A stretch of DNA of 64,000 bases from an uncultured delta proteobacterium. Lineage in GTDB: Bacteria > Desulfobacterota > Desulfomonilia > UBA1062. The stretch covers positions 192,001 to 256,000 of the forward strand of contig CAWCTR010000017.1 in assembly GCA_963798485.1 (NCBI GenBank), in the 5' to 3' direction. This document shows positions 28,666-37,880 of the stretch, piece by piece. How positions within the stretch are numbered: position 1 is the stretch's first letter; each line of letters opens with the position of its first letter. Below the pieces are notes generated by a model, which did not search any database, had not been told where the DNA came from, and saw only the letters and a program-made list of their open reading frames with translations. The position numbers and the translations under genes were made by a program.

Positions 28666-29925
28666 TCAGGCCAGGCCAAGAAACCTTTTGGTGTCGTCAA
28701 GAGCTTTGTCCACGCGCTCGATAATCTCATAGGCCAGTTCATCATCGATGATGAGCGGGGGCAGGAGCTGGCTTATCCGGGTGTCGTTGTTGGCGTAGAT
28801 GCTCAGGATGCCGTTGTCGTAGCATGCCTTGGTCATGATGGGACCGCAGAGATCGTTGACCATCTCGATTCCCATCATGAGGCCGAGCTGGCGCAGGCCC
28901 ACAAGGATCTCGGGGTGCCTCTTCCTTAAGTTTATGAATTCCCGGGTAAAGATTCCGGCAAGGCTCTGTACGTGACGGAGAAATTCGCTCCGGGACGACT
29001 CTTCGAGCACGGCCAGCGCCACCGGAGCGCCCACCTCGGCCCCGCCGAAGGTGGAGACATGGATGAAGGGGTTCTGGGAGAAGAATGTCTCCAGCTCTTC
29101 CCTAAAGCAGGTGGCGCTCATGGGGTATATTCCCCCGGACAGGCCTTTGCCGATGACGATGATATCGGGGACTACGCCATAATGCTCAATACCCCAGAGC
29201 ATGCCGGTGCGGCCAAGGCCTGTCTGGACCTCGTCCAGGATGAGGAGCGCGCCGTTTTCCCTGCACAGTTCCTTAACCACGCTGTAGTAATCCGCATCAG
29301 GGATCGGCATGCCCAGTGTCGCCGGAATGGTCTCGAAGATGACGGCAGCCGTATCATGGTCAATGGCGGACCTGATGGCAGCCTTGTCATTGAAGGGCAC
29401 CTGGACGAAGCCCTGGGGTTGCGGCCCGAACGGTGATCGGTATTTCTCGTCTCCTGTAGCCAGTGCGAGCCCGGTATGTCCGTGGTAGCCGCCTTTGGCC
29501 GAGATGATCTTGTGCCTGCCTGTGTACCCCCTGGCGAGCTTTATGGCCAGGTCCACGGCCTCTCCGCCGGACACGCCGAATACGGTGCGGGAGATGTCGC
29601 CGGGCATGAGCCTGGCGAGCCTTTCAGCAAGCAGTGACCGCTGTTCGCTTATGAGATGGTGGTTGCCGATGTCGAGCTCATCGAGACTATCCTTGAGGAC
29701 CTGTACCATCTTCGGGTTTCTGTGTCCCAGGTTGAAGACCCCGCCGTTGCAGTGGCAGTTGATGAGTCTCCTGGCGCCGGCGGCATCCCAGACATAGGGG
29801 CCTTCCCGCCTGCCGAAGACAAAGTCGATGCCCACACCGGTGAAGAAGGCGGCCTTGCCGCTGGAGACATGCGCAGAAAAGCGCTCAATGATAGCCTCTT
29901 TCGTATCAATGCCGGAAAAGTTCAT
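28666..29925 (-). CDS. Class III PLP-dependent aminotransferase
   Basis: SGGEAV, GGYHGHT, LILDEVQTGLGRTG, PDIIVIGKGLSGG, STFGG. Confidence 0.93.
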   Translation of the reverse strand: MNFSGIDTKEAIIERFSAHVSSGKAAFFTGVGIDFVFGRREGPYVWDAAGARRLINCHCNGGVFNLGHRNPKMVQVLKDSLDELDIGNHHLISEQRSLLAERLARLMPGDISRTVFGVSGGEAVDLAIKLARGYTGRHKIISAKGGYHGHTGLALATGDEKYRSPFGPQPQGFVQVPFNDKAAIRSAIDHDTAAVIFETIPATLGMPIPDADYYSVVKELCRENGALLILDEVQTGLGRTGMLWGIEHYGVVPDIIVIGKGLSGGIYPMSATCFREELETFFSQNPFIHVSTFGGAEVGAPVALAVLEESSRSEFLRHVQSLAGIFTREFINLRKRHPEILVGLRQLGLMMGIEMVNDLCGPIMTKACYDNGILSIYANNDTRISQLLPPLIIDDELAYEIIERVDKALDDTKRFLGLA

Positions 29926-29958
29926 TGCATACCCTAAAAGCCTTTCAAAGATGGCTTT

Positions 29959-31656
29959 TTACTCGCTCAGCCACAGCCTGGTCGTGGCGGACTCGACCAT
30001 GATCTTCTCCTTTGCCGCAAGGTAGGTCTTGAATCCACCGCTCAAGTTCCTCGACCTGAAGCCGTTTTGTACCAGGATGCGATGCGCGATATAGCCGCGC
30101 AATCCTGCTGCGCAAAACGGTATGTATATCTTGTCCCGATCGAGCCCCTCGATCCTGTCGCGCAGATGGTGCAGGGGGATGTGCACGGCCCCCTCGATCC
30201 TGCCGGATATCTCCAGCTCATCCATGTTGCGCAGATCGATGAGGACATGTCTGTTCATGTCCAGCGAGCCGAGCTCGTCCCAGTGGACCACCTCCATGTC
30301 CCCATTGAGGATGTTTGAGGCCACGAAGCCTGCAACATTCACCGGGTCCTTGGCAGAGGAGTAGGGCGGCGCATAGGCGAGCTCGAGTTCCTCCAAGTCG
30401 TTTATTGTCATGTGCGAGCGGATTGCGGTGGCGATGACATCAATGCGTTTGTCAACACCGTCCTTGCCGATGATCTGGCCCCCCAGGATCTTGCCGTCTG
30501 AGGGCGAGAAGAGCAGCTTGATGGACATGACCTCTGCCCCAGGATAGTACGAGGCATGGGAGCCGGAGTGGGTGTAGCTCTTGAGATAAGGGATGTTGCC
30601 GGTTTTGAGCTGCTTCTCGTTGGCGCCGGTTGCGGCAACGGTGAGATCGAACACCTTCACCACCGATGTGCCCAGTGTCCCCCGGAAGATGGATTTTCTT
30701 CCGAGCGCGTTGTCCGCTGCTATGCGGGCCTGCTTGTTCGCCGGTCCTGCAAGGGCGGTGGCGGTATGCGCGCCTGTCATAAAGTCTTTGATGCACACGG
30801 CGTCACCCACGGCGTAGATATTCGCATCCGAACTCAGCATGGCGGCATTGACCAGGATGTGTCCATGTTCGCAGAGCTCAAGACCTGCCTCGCGGGCAAG
30901 CTTGTTCTCGGGTGATATCCCTACGGACATGATGACCATATCACAGACAAGGGTATTCCCCTGGTTGGTCGTGATGAGGAGCTGTTTTGATTGTCCGGAT
31001 ATGGATTTCAGGCCGTCGGAGAAGACCAGAGACACTCCCCTGGCCTTCAAATGGGCATGGACAAGGGAGGCCATCTCATAATCGAGCGGTGCCATGACCT
31101 GGTCTTGCATCTCGATGATGGTGGTGGCAACCCCCCTGTCCATCAGGTTTTCCGCCATCTCGATGCCGATGAACCCGCCGCCCACCACCACGGCGCTTTT
31201 TGGTTTTTCTGTGTCTACGAAGCCCCTGATCCGCTCGGAATCGGGTATGGAGCGCAGACTGAAGACCCTATCGCGCTCAATGCCTTCGAGATGAGGCTTT
31301 ATGGGTTCTGCGCCCGGAGACAGGATGATCTTGTCATAACCCATGGTATAGGTATTGCCGGCCGGGTGCTGCCTGACAAGAACCATCTTATTTTGCCGGT
31401 CAATGGCAGTTACCTCGCTCATTAGCCTCACATCGATGCGGTACCTGTCTCTGAATACCTCAGGTGTGGTCATGAGCAGATTATCACGGCTTTCGATGAC
31501 ATGCCCGATGTAGTAGGGAAGCCCGCAGTTGGCAAAAGATATGTATCCGCCCCGTTCGAAAAGCACGATCTGTGCATTCTCATCAACCCTGCGGGCCCTG
31601 GCGGCTGCGGTTGCCCCGCCTGCAACGCCGCCAACGATTATCAGCCTGGTGCCCAT
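29959..31656 (-). CDS. CoA-disulfide/persulfide reductase with C-terminal rhodanese domain (Cys form)
   Basis: GGVAGGA, ISFANCGLPYY, GGGFIGIE, ELAYAPPYSSAKDPVN, rhodanese CAAGLRG; AGGAGG RBS before ATG 31656. Confidence 0.92.
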   Translation of the reverse strand: MGTRLIIVGGVAGGATAAARARRVDENAQIVLFERGGYISFANCGLPYYIGHVIESRDNLLMTTPEVFRDRYRIDVRLMSEVTAIDRQNKMVLVRQHPAGNTYTMGYDKIILSPGAEPIKPHLEGIERDRVFSLRSIPDSERIRGFVDTEKPKSAVVVGGGFIGIEMAENLMDRGVATTIIEMQDQVMAPLDYEMASLVHAHLKARGVSLVFSDGLKSISGQSKQLLITTNQGNTLVCDMVIMSVGISPENKLAREAGLELCEHGHILVNAAMLSSDANIYAVGDAVCIKDFMTGAHTATALAGPANKQARIAADNALGRKSIFRGTLGTSVVKVFDLTVAATGANEKQLKTGNIPYLKSYTHSGSHASYYPGAEVMSIKLLFSPSDGKILGGQIIGKDGVDKRIDVIATAIRSHMTINDLEELELAYAPPYSSAKDPVNVAGFVASNILNGDMEVVHWDELGSLDMNRHVLIDLRNMDELEISGRIEGAVHIPLHHLRDRIEGLDRDKIYIPFCAAGLRGYIAHRILVQNGFRSRNLSGGFKTYLAAKEKIMVESATTRLWLSE

Positions 31657-31706
31657 AAGCAACCTCCTGGTCTGATGACGTTCCTGGGTTCTAATATAAC
31701 TATCAC

Positions 31707-32348
31707 CTATGACAACCGCAGCAGGTAAACGGCAATCCCAAAGGCCACGGCCGCGTTGAGAGAGGTCTTTATGCCCTGCATGGGTATGGCCAGGACCTTC
31801 TCGCACTGGTCCAAGATGCCCGGGTCCACCCCGCACACCTCGTTGCCCACGACAAGGACAACGGTTTTATCATCATAATCGATCGACGCCTTGTGGATAG
31901 GCCTGGAGCGGTCTCCTCCCTCGATAGCCCACAACCTCATGCCCTGCGAATGAAGCGCCTGGGCTGCTGCGCACCCGTTGAGGTAGTGGGTCCAGCTTAT
32001 GGTCTCATCCGCACCCAGGGCGGTTTTTTTGAGCCGCGGATTGTCCGGTGTGGGTGTGATACCGCACAGATGCAGGCGAGAGATGCCTGCCCCGTCCGAG
32101 GTCCTAAATATTGAGCCCACATTATAGATGCTCCTTATGTTGTCCAGAAGCACCTCCATCCTTGGCAACGCTGGCTGGGAAACCATGCGGTGGGGCTTGT
32201 GTTCTTCATAGGGCTCGGCGCCCAAGCGTGTCGGCCATCCACACCTGGGGCACCTCAGATCCGATGCCTGGTCTTCGAGTACCGGGAAACGCAGCCCGCA
32301 AACCATCTTTGTGCAAAGCCTCATCTGGAGTCTCACTGCCTGCCGCAT
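31707..32348 (-). CDS. TrmH/SpoU-family RNA methyltransferase with N-terminal Cys cluster
   Basis: LDNIRSIYNVGSIFRTSD, KTALGA, VGNEVCGV, IPMQGIKTSLN. Confidence 0.9.
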   Translation of the reverse strand: MRQAVRLQMRLCTKMVCGLRFPVLEDQASDLRCPRCGWPTRLGAEPYEEHKPHRMVSQPALPRMEVLLDNIRSIYNVGSIFRTSDGAGISRLHLCGITPTPDNPRLKKTALGADETISWTHYLNGCAAAQALHSQGMRLWAIEGGDRSRPIHKASIDYDDKTVVLVVGNEVCGVDPGILDQCEKVLAIPMQGIKTSLNAAVAFGIAVYLLRLS

Positions 32349-32497
32349 GCATGGTAGCCTAGCATAGGAAGAATCGCAGAGGAATCAGAAAGGAAAACAT
32401 AAAAGGCTTAAGGTATGACTATGCTATTTCCCCCTTGCCGAAGAATGTTCGAATCTTATTATCCTTACTATAGTTTCAAGAAAGGAGGGTCTCTCCC

Positions 32498-33859
32498 ATG
32501 AAACCCATTGTCATAATCGGCGCCGTGGCTGCCGGTATGAGCGCGGCGAGCGTGATCAAGCGCGGACGCAAGGACCTGCAGGTCATAGTATACGGAAAGG
32601 AACACTATATATCATATAGCGCTTGAGGCATGCCCTATTATGTATCCGGGCAGATACATAAATCCGACCAGCTCCTGGCGCTCTCGCCGGAAGAGGCAAG
32701 AATCAAGCGCGGCATCGACCTGAAGGTGATGCACGAGGTAATCCATATCGACCGTCCGGTAAAAAGCGTAACTGTCCGCGATCTCACAACAGGCAAGACC
32801 TTCGATCAGGAATATGAAAAACTCATTATGGCCACCGGGGCCAGGGCCATCAGGCCGGACCTGCCGGGAATCGAATTGTCCGGCATCTTCACCCTCAAGG
32901 AATTTCAGGATGGGCTGGATCTGAGGAGATTCATCGAAAGAGAAAAACCAACCCGTGGCGTCATTATCGGCGGGGGGTATATCGGCGTCGAGATGGCCGA
33001 GGCCTTCGGCGCTCTGGGTATGGAAGTCTCGGTGATTGAGGTCCTGCCGCGGATTATGACAATCATGGATGAGGACATGTCAAAACTTGTAGCCGATGAG
33101 ATGACAAGGAACAGGGTCAAGATCATCACAGGGAAGAAGGTCGTGGGATTCAGGGGCTCCAGGCGTGTTGAGAAGGTGATCCTTGACGGCGGCGATTCGG
33201 TGGATGCGGATTGCGTGGTCCTCAGTATCGGGGTAGTTCCCAACAGCGAGCTGGCAACCGGTGCAGGTCTTGAGCTTGGGGAACGTAATGCCATAAAGAC
33301 AGACCGCTTCCAGAAGACCAGCGACCCGGACATCTTTGCCGCCGGCGACTGCTGCACTGCATATCATAGGGTTCTTAAACAGGACGTATACATCCCGCTG
33401 GGACTCACTGCCAACCGTCAGGGCAGGATGTGCGGGGGAAACCTGGTGGCCGAGCTGGCCGGAAAGGAGCTGAGGCCGTTCCCCGGAATCATCGGCACGG
33501 CCATTACCAAGGTATTCGACCTGGAGGTGGGAAAGACCGGCATCGGCCGGCTTGATATCGAACGGTACAAACTTGCGGGCATCAGCTCGGTTGCCATCAA
33601 GGCAGGAAACCTGCCGGGTTATTACCCGGGCTCAACGGATATGTGGGTGAAGATTTATTTCGAACAGGCCTCCAAGGTTATTATAGGTGGACAGATCATT
33701 GGAAAAGGGGGAACGGCCATGAGGCTCGATACCCTTGTTGCCGCCGTGAGCACAGGGATGACATTGGATGACCTCTATAGCCTTGACATGGCCTACGCCC
33801 CGCCCTTTGCCCCGGTCTGGGATCCGCTGCTCATCGCTGCAAAGACAGGGATGAGATAA
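32498..33859 (+). CDS. Selenocysteine-containing CoA-disulfide reductase/NADH oxidase (453 aa, Sec43)
   Basis: AAGGAGG RBS; MKPIVIIGAVAAGMSAAS...ISYSA-TGA(32624-32626)-GMPYY in frame with the track ORF; SECIS-like hairpin follows. Confidence 0.9.
32638..32661 (+). promoter_or_regulatory. Bacterial SECIS-like hairpin
   Basis: TTATGTATC-CGGGCA-GATACATAA; loop starts 20 nt after UGA, with G at loop position 2. Confidence 0.75.
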
Positions 33860-33880
33860 GATTTTACAGGCCTGTAGCCT

Positions 33881-33911
33881 GTAGGTTGGGTTGAGCGAAG
33901 CGAAACCCGAC
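33881..33911 (+). repeat. GTAG-type REP palindrome
   Basis: GTAG-GTTGGGTT-GAGCGAAGCGA-AACCCGAC immediately after a stop codon. Confidence 0.65.
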
Positions 33912-34012
33912 AATCAATCAGGCAACATTTGCTCCCTTGCAGTGAATAATTTCCTACCCACCATAGATGCATCATACCCATGAATGAGGCGAATCCATGC
34001 TCGGCAGCACCT

Positions 34013-34028
34013 TGGCACTATGGTTGCT
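34013..34028 (+). promoter_or_regulatory. Sigma54 promoter of fliK-flgDE
   Basis: TGGCAC-TATGG-TTGCT. Confidence 0.85.
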
Positions 34029-34063
34029 CATAATGTCGGCAAAGACTTTTTATGGAGGCGATA

Positions 34064-35404
34064 ATGCAGTCACCCTTAGCCGCGCTCGTAGGAATTGCCA
34101 GTGGAGCAGTGGACCTCATTCAGAGGGCCATAAGCCACGACAGTCCCAAGGCAGGGTTCGACGAACAACTCCAGTCAGCCCTTGCAGAGGCGCCCGGGGC
34201 AGGCACGCCGATCAAAGAAAAGGCCAAGACGGAAAAAGGTTCCACGGATGATGACATAAAGGCGCTCCTTGAAAACCCCCAGGCGGTTCACGTGCTGCAG
34301 TACCTTTGCGCCCTTCAATCCATGGGCCTGAATAATGCCGATGCAAAGGCACTCTTGTCGGGCAAGACAGAGATATCTGATGACGGATTAAAGGCAATCC
34401 TGGCCGCTGTCGGGATCAAGGGCACAGACAGTGCTCAGCTTATGGCAGACCCAAAACTGGTAGCCGGCCTCAAGACACAGCTCGCAGATACTGTTTTAAC
34501 CAAGAATAATTCATTTACTGAGATGCTTGACGAAGCCCAGTCCGCACAATCCTCTGAGGTGGAGGCTTCAACAGGGGCCATTCCGGAGGTCCTTCAGGCC
34601 GTAGATGTGCTGGAAAAAACCTTGAATATTCCCAAGAAAACGCTGCAGGATCTCTTCTTCTCCTCAGACCCTCAGGTGCGCCAGGGTGCACTCGATGATG
34701 CCACTACGCAGATCAATGAGTTTCTGAAAGCCAATGCCGGCAAGGACCTGCCAAAACAGGTCACAGGTGCGCTCGGAGTGCTGAAAGGAGCCCTGACCGA
34801 GGATGAGTTCGCTAAAATTGAGAATACGTTCAAGGCAGTAAACCAGGATCCGGCACTTATTGCCCAGGGGCTCAACTTTGACGAGCATGTTGTGCAATCC
34901 CTTGCAAAGACCTTGGGTAATGAATCGGGAACGACCCAAGGCAGTTATACCCAACAGGTTATAGATCAGATCAAGCAAGCCTTGCCTACGGGTATGAAGA
35001 CCCTCGAAGGTTCCATGACCCTGAAACTAAATCCACCCATGCTAGGAAGGGTGGATGTGGAAATCCGTTTGCAAGACGGCCAGATCATGGCCTCTTTCAA
35101 GGCGGACCAGCCCATAACCCGCGACATACTGCAGCAGAACATGCATATCTTAAAGGATACCCTGGCAGAGCAGGGGATCAAGGCCACGCAGTTCGTTGTG
35201 ACCACCGATACCTTCAACTCTCGGGACCATCAAGGCAATCCCCTTGCATGGGCAGGATACGAACCGGATCAAAACGGTTCCTCCGGCCGGCAGGGCAACC
35301 GGCAAGGTACAGGAAACCCTGGCAGAGGCCAGGATGAGTATTTGGGCGGCAATACACCCGTCCAGGGTTACTCCGAACAGGGCGGACTCGATATCTTTGC
35401 CTGA
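34064..35404 (+). CDS. fliK: Flagellar hook-length control protein
   Basis: C-terminal LKLNPPMLGRVDVEI...LKDTLAEQGI and LDIFA; precedes flgD; GGAGG RBS favours ATG 34064. Confidence 0.85.
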   Translation: MQSPLAALVGIASGAVDLIQRAISHDSPKAGFDEQLQSALAEAPGAGTPIKEKAKTEKGSTDDDIKALLENPQAVHVLQYLCALQSMGLNNADAKALLSGKTEISDDGLKAILAAVGIKGTDSAQLMADPKLVAGLKTQLADTVLTKNNSFTEMLDEAQSAQSSEVEASTGAIPEVLQAVDVLEKTLNIPKKTLQDLFFSSDPQVRQGALDDATTQINEFLKANAGKDLPKQVTGALGVLKGALTEDEFAKIENTFKAVNQDPALIAQGLNFDEHVVQSLAKTLGNESGTTQGSYTQQVIDQIKQALPTGMKTLEGSMTLKLNPPMLGRVDVEIRLQDGQIMASFKADQPITRDILQQNMHILKDTLAEQGIKATQFVVTTDTFNSRDHQGNPLAWAGYEPDQNGSSGRQGNRQGTGNPGRGQDEYLGGNTPVQGYSEQGGLDIFA

Positions 35405-35424
35405 AAAAGGGAGGTAATAACATT

Positions 35425-36105
35425 ATGTCGACAGTAGGATTAGACAACATTCTTTCAACCCAAGCGGCAACGGCAACGGCATCTACGGCATCGACGAGCC
35501 AGACCACGGCCTCGTCTGAAAAGGACATGTTCCTGAACCTGCTGGTGAAGCAACTCCAGTATCAGGACCCTCTGAATCCTGTCGAGAACACGGAGTTTGC
35601 CTCACAGCTCGCCCAGTTCTCTTCACTTGAGGCGCTCACGGACATGCAGAGCAGCATCGATAATATGAGCACGGTCCAGAACTCCATGAACAGCATGCAG
35701 GCCATCTCGTTTATCGGAAAACAGGTGGCTGGCAGCGGTAATACCATCAACTATACCGCAGGCAGCAGCTCTGCCATCGACTACAATGTCGCAAACAGTG
35801 CAGCGCAGGTCGTTATCAAGATCAATAACTCGAGCGGAGTGACCGTGCGCACCATAGCTCTGAATAATGTCCAGCAAGGGGATAACACGTATACCTGGGA
35901 CGGCACAAGCGACAGCGGCTCAAGCCTCGGCACAGGAACATATACGCTCAATATCAGTGCCGCGGATTATAACGGAAACGCTGTTACAACCACTACGAGC
36001 ACGAGCGGCACGGTCACGGGTGTGAGGTACGACAGCGGGAATATCTATCTCGAGGTCGGTGACAAGGAAGTAAGCTTATCTAATGTAAGTGAGATCTCCA
36101 ACTAA
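35425..36105 (+). CDS. flgD: Flagellar hook capping protein
   Basis: FLNLLVKQLQYQDPLNP...SQLAQFSSLE, YTWDG. Confidence 0.95.
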   Translation: MSTVGLDNILSTQAATATASTASTSQTTASSEKDMFLNLLVKQLQYQDPLNPVENTEFASQLAQFSSLEALTDMQSSIDNMSTVQNSMNSMQAISFIGKQVAGSGNTINYTAGSSSAIDYNVANSAAQVVIKINNSSGVTVRTIALNNVQQGDNTYTWDGTSDSGSSLGTGTYTLNISAADYNGNAVTTTTSTSGTVTGVRYDSGNIYLEVGDKEVSLSNVSEISN

Positions 36106-36131
36106 CGAAAGGACAAAAAAAGGAGGCTTAT

Positions 36132-37673
36132 ATGGGTATATCCAGTTCATTATATTCCGGAATCAGCGGTCTTTCCGTGATGAGTCAGGCCATGAGCGTC
36201 ATCGGCAATAATATCGCCAATGTGAACACCATCGGCTTTAAATCGAGCAGCGCAACGTTCCAGGATGTCTTGGCGCAGTCAGTGGCAACGGCATCCGGTA
36301 CGTCACAGGTCGGGCGAGGCACGCAATTAGGCGTAATTTCCCCGCAGTTCGTGCAGGGCTCTTTCCAGTCCACCTCAAACGCCACCGATCTGGCCATAGG
36401 CGGCAACGGCTTCTTCATCGTCTCTCCCAAGAATGAAAATGCCGAATACTATACCAGGGCCGGCGGTTTCCAGTTCGATTCAGAAGGCAACTTCGTCAAC
36501 TCTTCAGGGGATGTGGTCCAGGGGTGGGCACTCGATTCGAGCGGCAATGACGTGGGGACCTTGGCGGACATCAAAATGGACACATTCACCTCCCCGCCGT
36601 CTGCCACTACCAAGCTCACTGCCATCACGAACCTCGACAGCACCGATACATCGAATGCCGATAGTCTCTTCGCAAAATGGGCCGGGACAGACCCCCTTAC
36701 AGGAAAAGACTCCACCTCTCCGATCGCGGATACATCCTACGGCTATTCGACCACACAGCAGGTTTATGACTCACAGGGTAATTCACACGATGTCACCATC
36801 TACTATGACAAGCTGAGCTCTGCTGCTACCAACGAATACGCTCCGGGCACAACCGCTACCGACAATTCCTGGGAGTACATCGTGACCTGCAACCCCAGCG
36901 ACGACCTCAGGACGGGATTTAATGGGACAGCAGAAAAGGGGGTTCTCATGAGAGGGACCGTCACCTTTGATGCCACGACCGGCGATGTCTCGTCAATGAG
37001 CACGTTTACCGACGACAGCGGCGCCGATCCTACACAGGCGGCCAACTGGACGGATGCAAGCTTCTCCTCGAATGGATACCCCGAGGTAACCACTCAGTTT
37101 GTCTCAGGCGTCGACCAGACGATTTCGCTCGACATGGGTATCCGCAGCACGAGCGGGACATGGAATGCCGGAGGTGCGGCCAATGTCGCCGACATTACAG
37201 ACCCCACCACTCCGTTGCCGTTGCCGTCATCCACCTGGCAGCCGGAGGCCCAGACATCAACCCAGTATGCCGCTTCATCTTCCACCAACTACCAGACCCA
37301 GGACGGATATGGCCCGGGTTTCCTGAACAGCATATCGGTGGATACCACAGGCGTCATGTCCGGTAGTTACAGCAACGGCCAGATCCTGAAACTCTTTCAG
37401 GTAGGCCTTGCCAAGTTTAACGACGAGCAGGCGCTTACCGATGTGGGCAACAGCCTCTGGAGCGCAAACAGCGCATCCGGTGATGCCATAACCGGTCATC
37501 CTGGCGACAACGGCCTGGGCAGCATCTCATCCAACTCGCTGGAACAGTCCAATGTGGACATCGCCACCGAGTTCGTCAATATGATCACCACCCAGCGTGG
37601 GTATGAGGCGAACTCAAAGGTTATCACCACGGTCGATACCATGCTCCAGGATCTTATCAACATCATACGGTAA
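36132..37673 (+). CDS. flgE: Flagellar hook protein
   Basis: GNNIANVNTIGFK, DLAIGGNGFF, YTRAG, LEQSNVDIATEFVNMITTQRGYEANSK. Confidence 0.96.
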   Translation: MGISSSLYSGISGLSVMSQAMSVIGNNIANVNTIGFKSSSATFQDVLAQSVATASGTSQVGRGTQLGVISPQFVQGSFQSTSNATDLAIGGNGFFIVSPKNENAEYYTRAGGFQFDSEGNFVNSSGDVVQGWALDSSGNDVGTLADIKMDTFTSPPSATTKLTAITNLDSTDTSNADSLFAKWAGTDPLTGKDSTSPIADTSYGYSTTQQVYDSQGNSHDVTIYYDKLSSAATNEYAPGTTATDNSWEYIVTCNPSDDLRTGFNGTAEKGVLMRGTVTFDATTGDVSSMSTFTDDSGADPTQAANWTDASFSSNGYPEVTTQFVSGVDQTISLDMGIRSTSGTWNAGGAANVADITDPTTPLPLPSSTWQPEAQTSTQYAASSSTNYQTQDGYGPGFLNSISVDTTGVMSGSYSNGQILKLFQVGLAKFNDEQALTDVGNSLWSANSASGDAITGHPGDNGLGSISSNSLEQSNVDIATEFVNMITTQRGYEANSKVITTVDTMLQDLINIIR

Positions 37674-37688
37674 CACGTTAAGCCGATC

Positions 37689-37727
37689 CCTTCGGGCGTC
37701 CGGATTCCCGGCCCGGATGCCCGAAGG
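37689..37727 (+). terminator. Strong hairpin after flgE (terminator or stabiliser)
   Basis: CCTTCGGGCGTCCGG-N9-CCGGATGCCCGAAGG; weak U-tract. Confidence 0.6.
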
Positions 37728-37819
37728 CGTCAAATTTATGACTTGTTCAGCCAGGATGTTTAATGACGCAAACCTTTCATCTTATTGAAAATAAAGGTGA
37801 AGATAATAGTTCTCCCTCG

Positions 37820-37835
37820 TGGCACACCCCTTGCT
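37820..37835 (+). promoter_or_regulatory. Sigma54 promoter of the mot-fli operon
   Basis: TGGCAC-ACCCC-TTGCT. Confidence 0.85.
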
Positions 37836-37880
37836 TTCCTGCTTAGCAATATTTCAGATTGTACGCATTAAGGGGTTCGT

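Noticed and set aside
32624-32626. TGA as a nonsense mutation (pseudogene)
   Set aside because: It falls exactly on the catalytic Cys codon, is followed by a SECIS-like hairpin, and the rest of the gene is intact.
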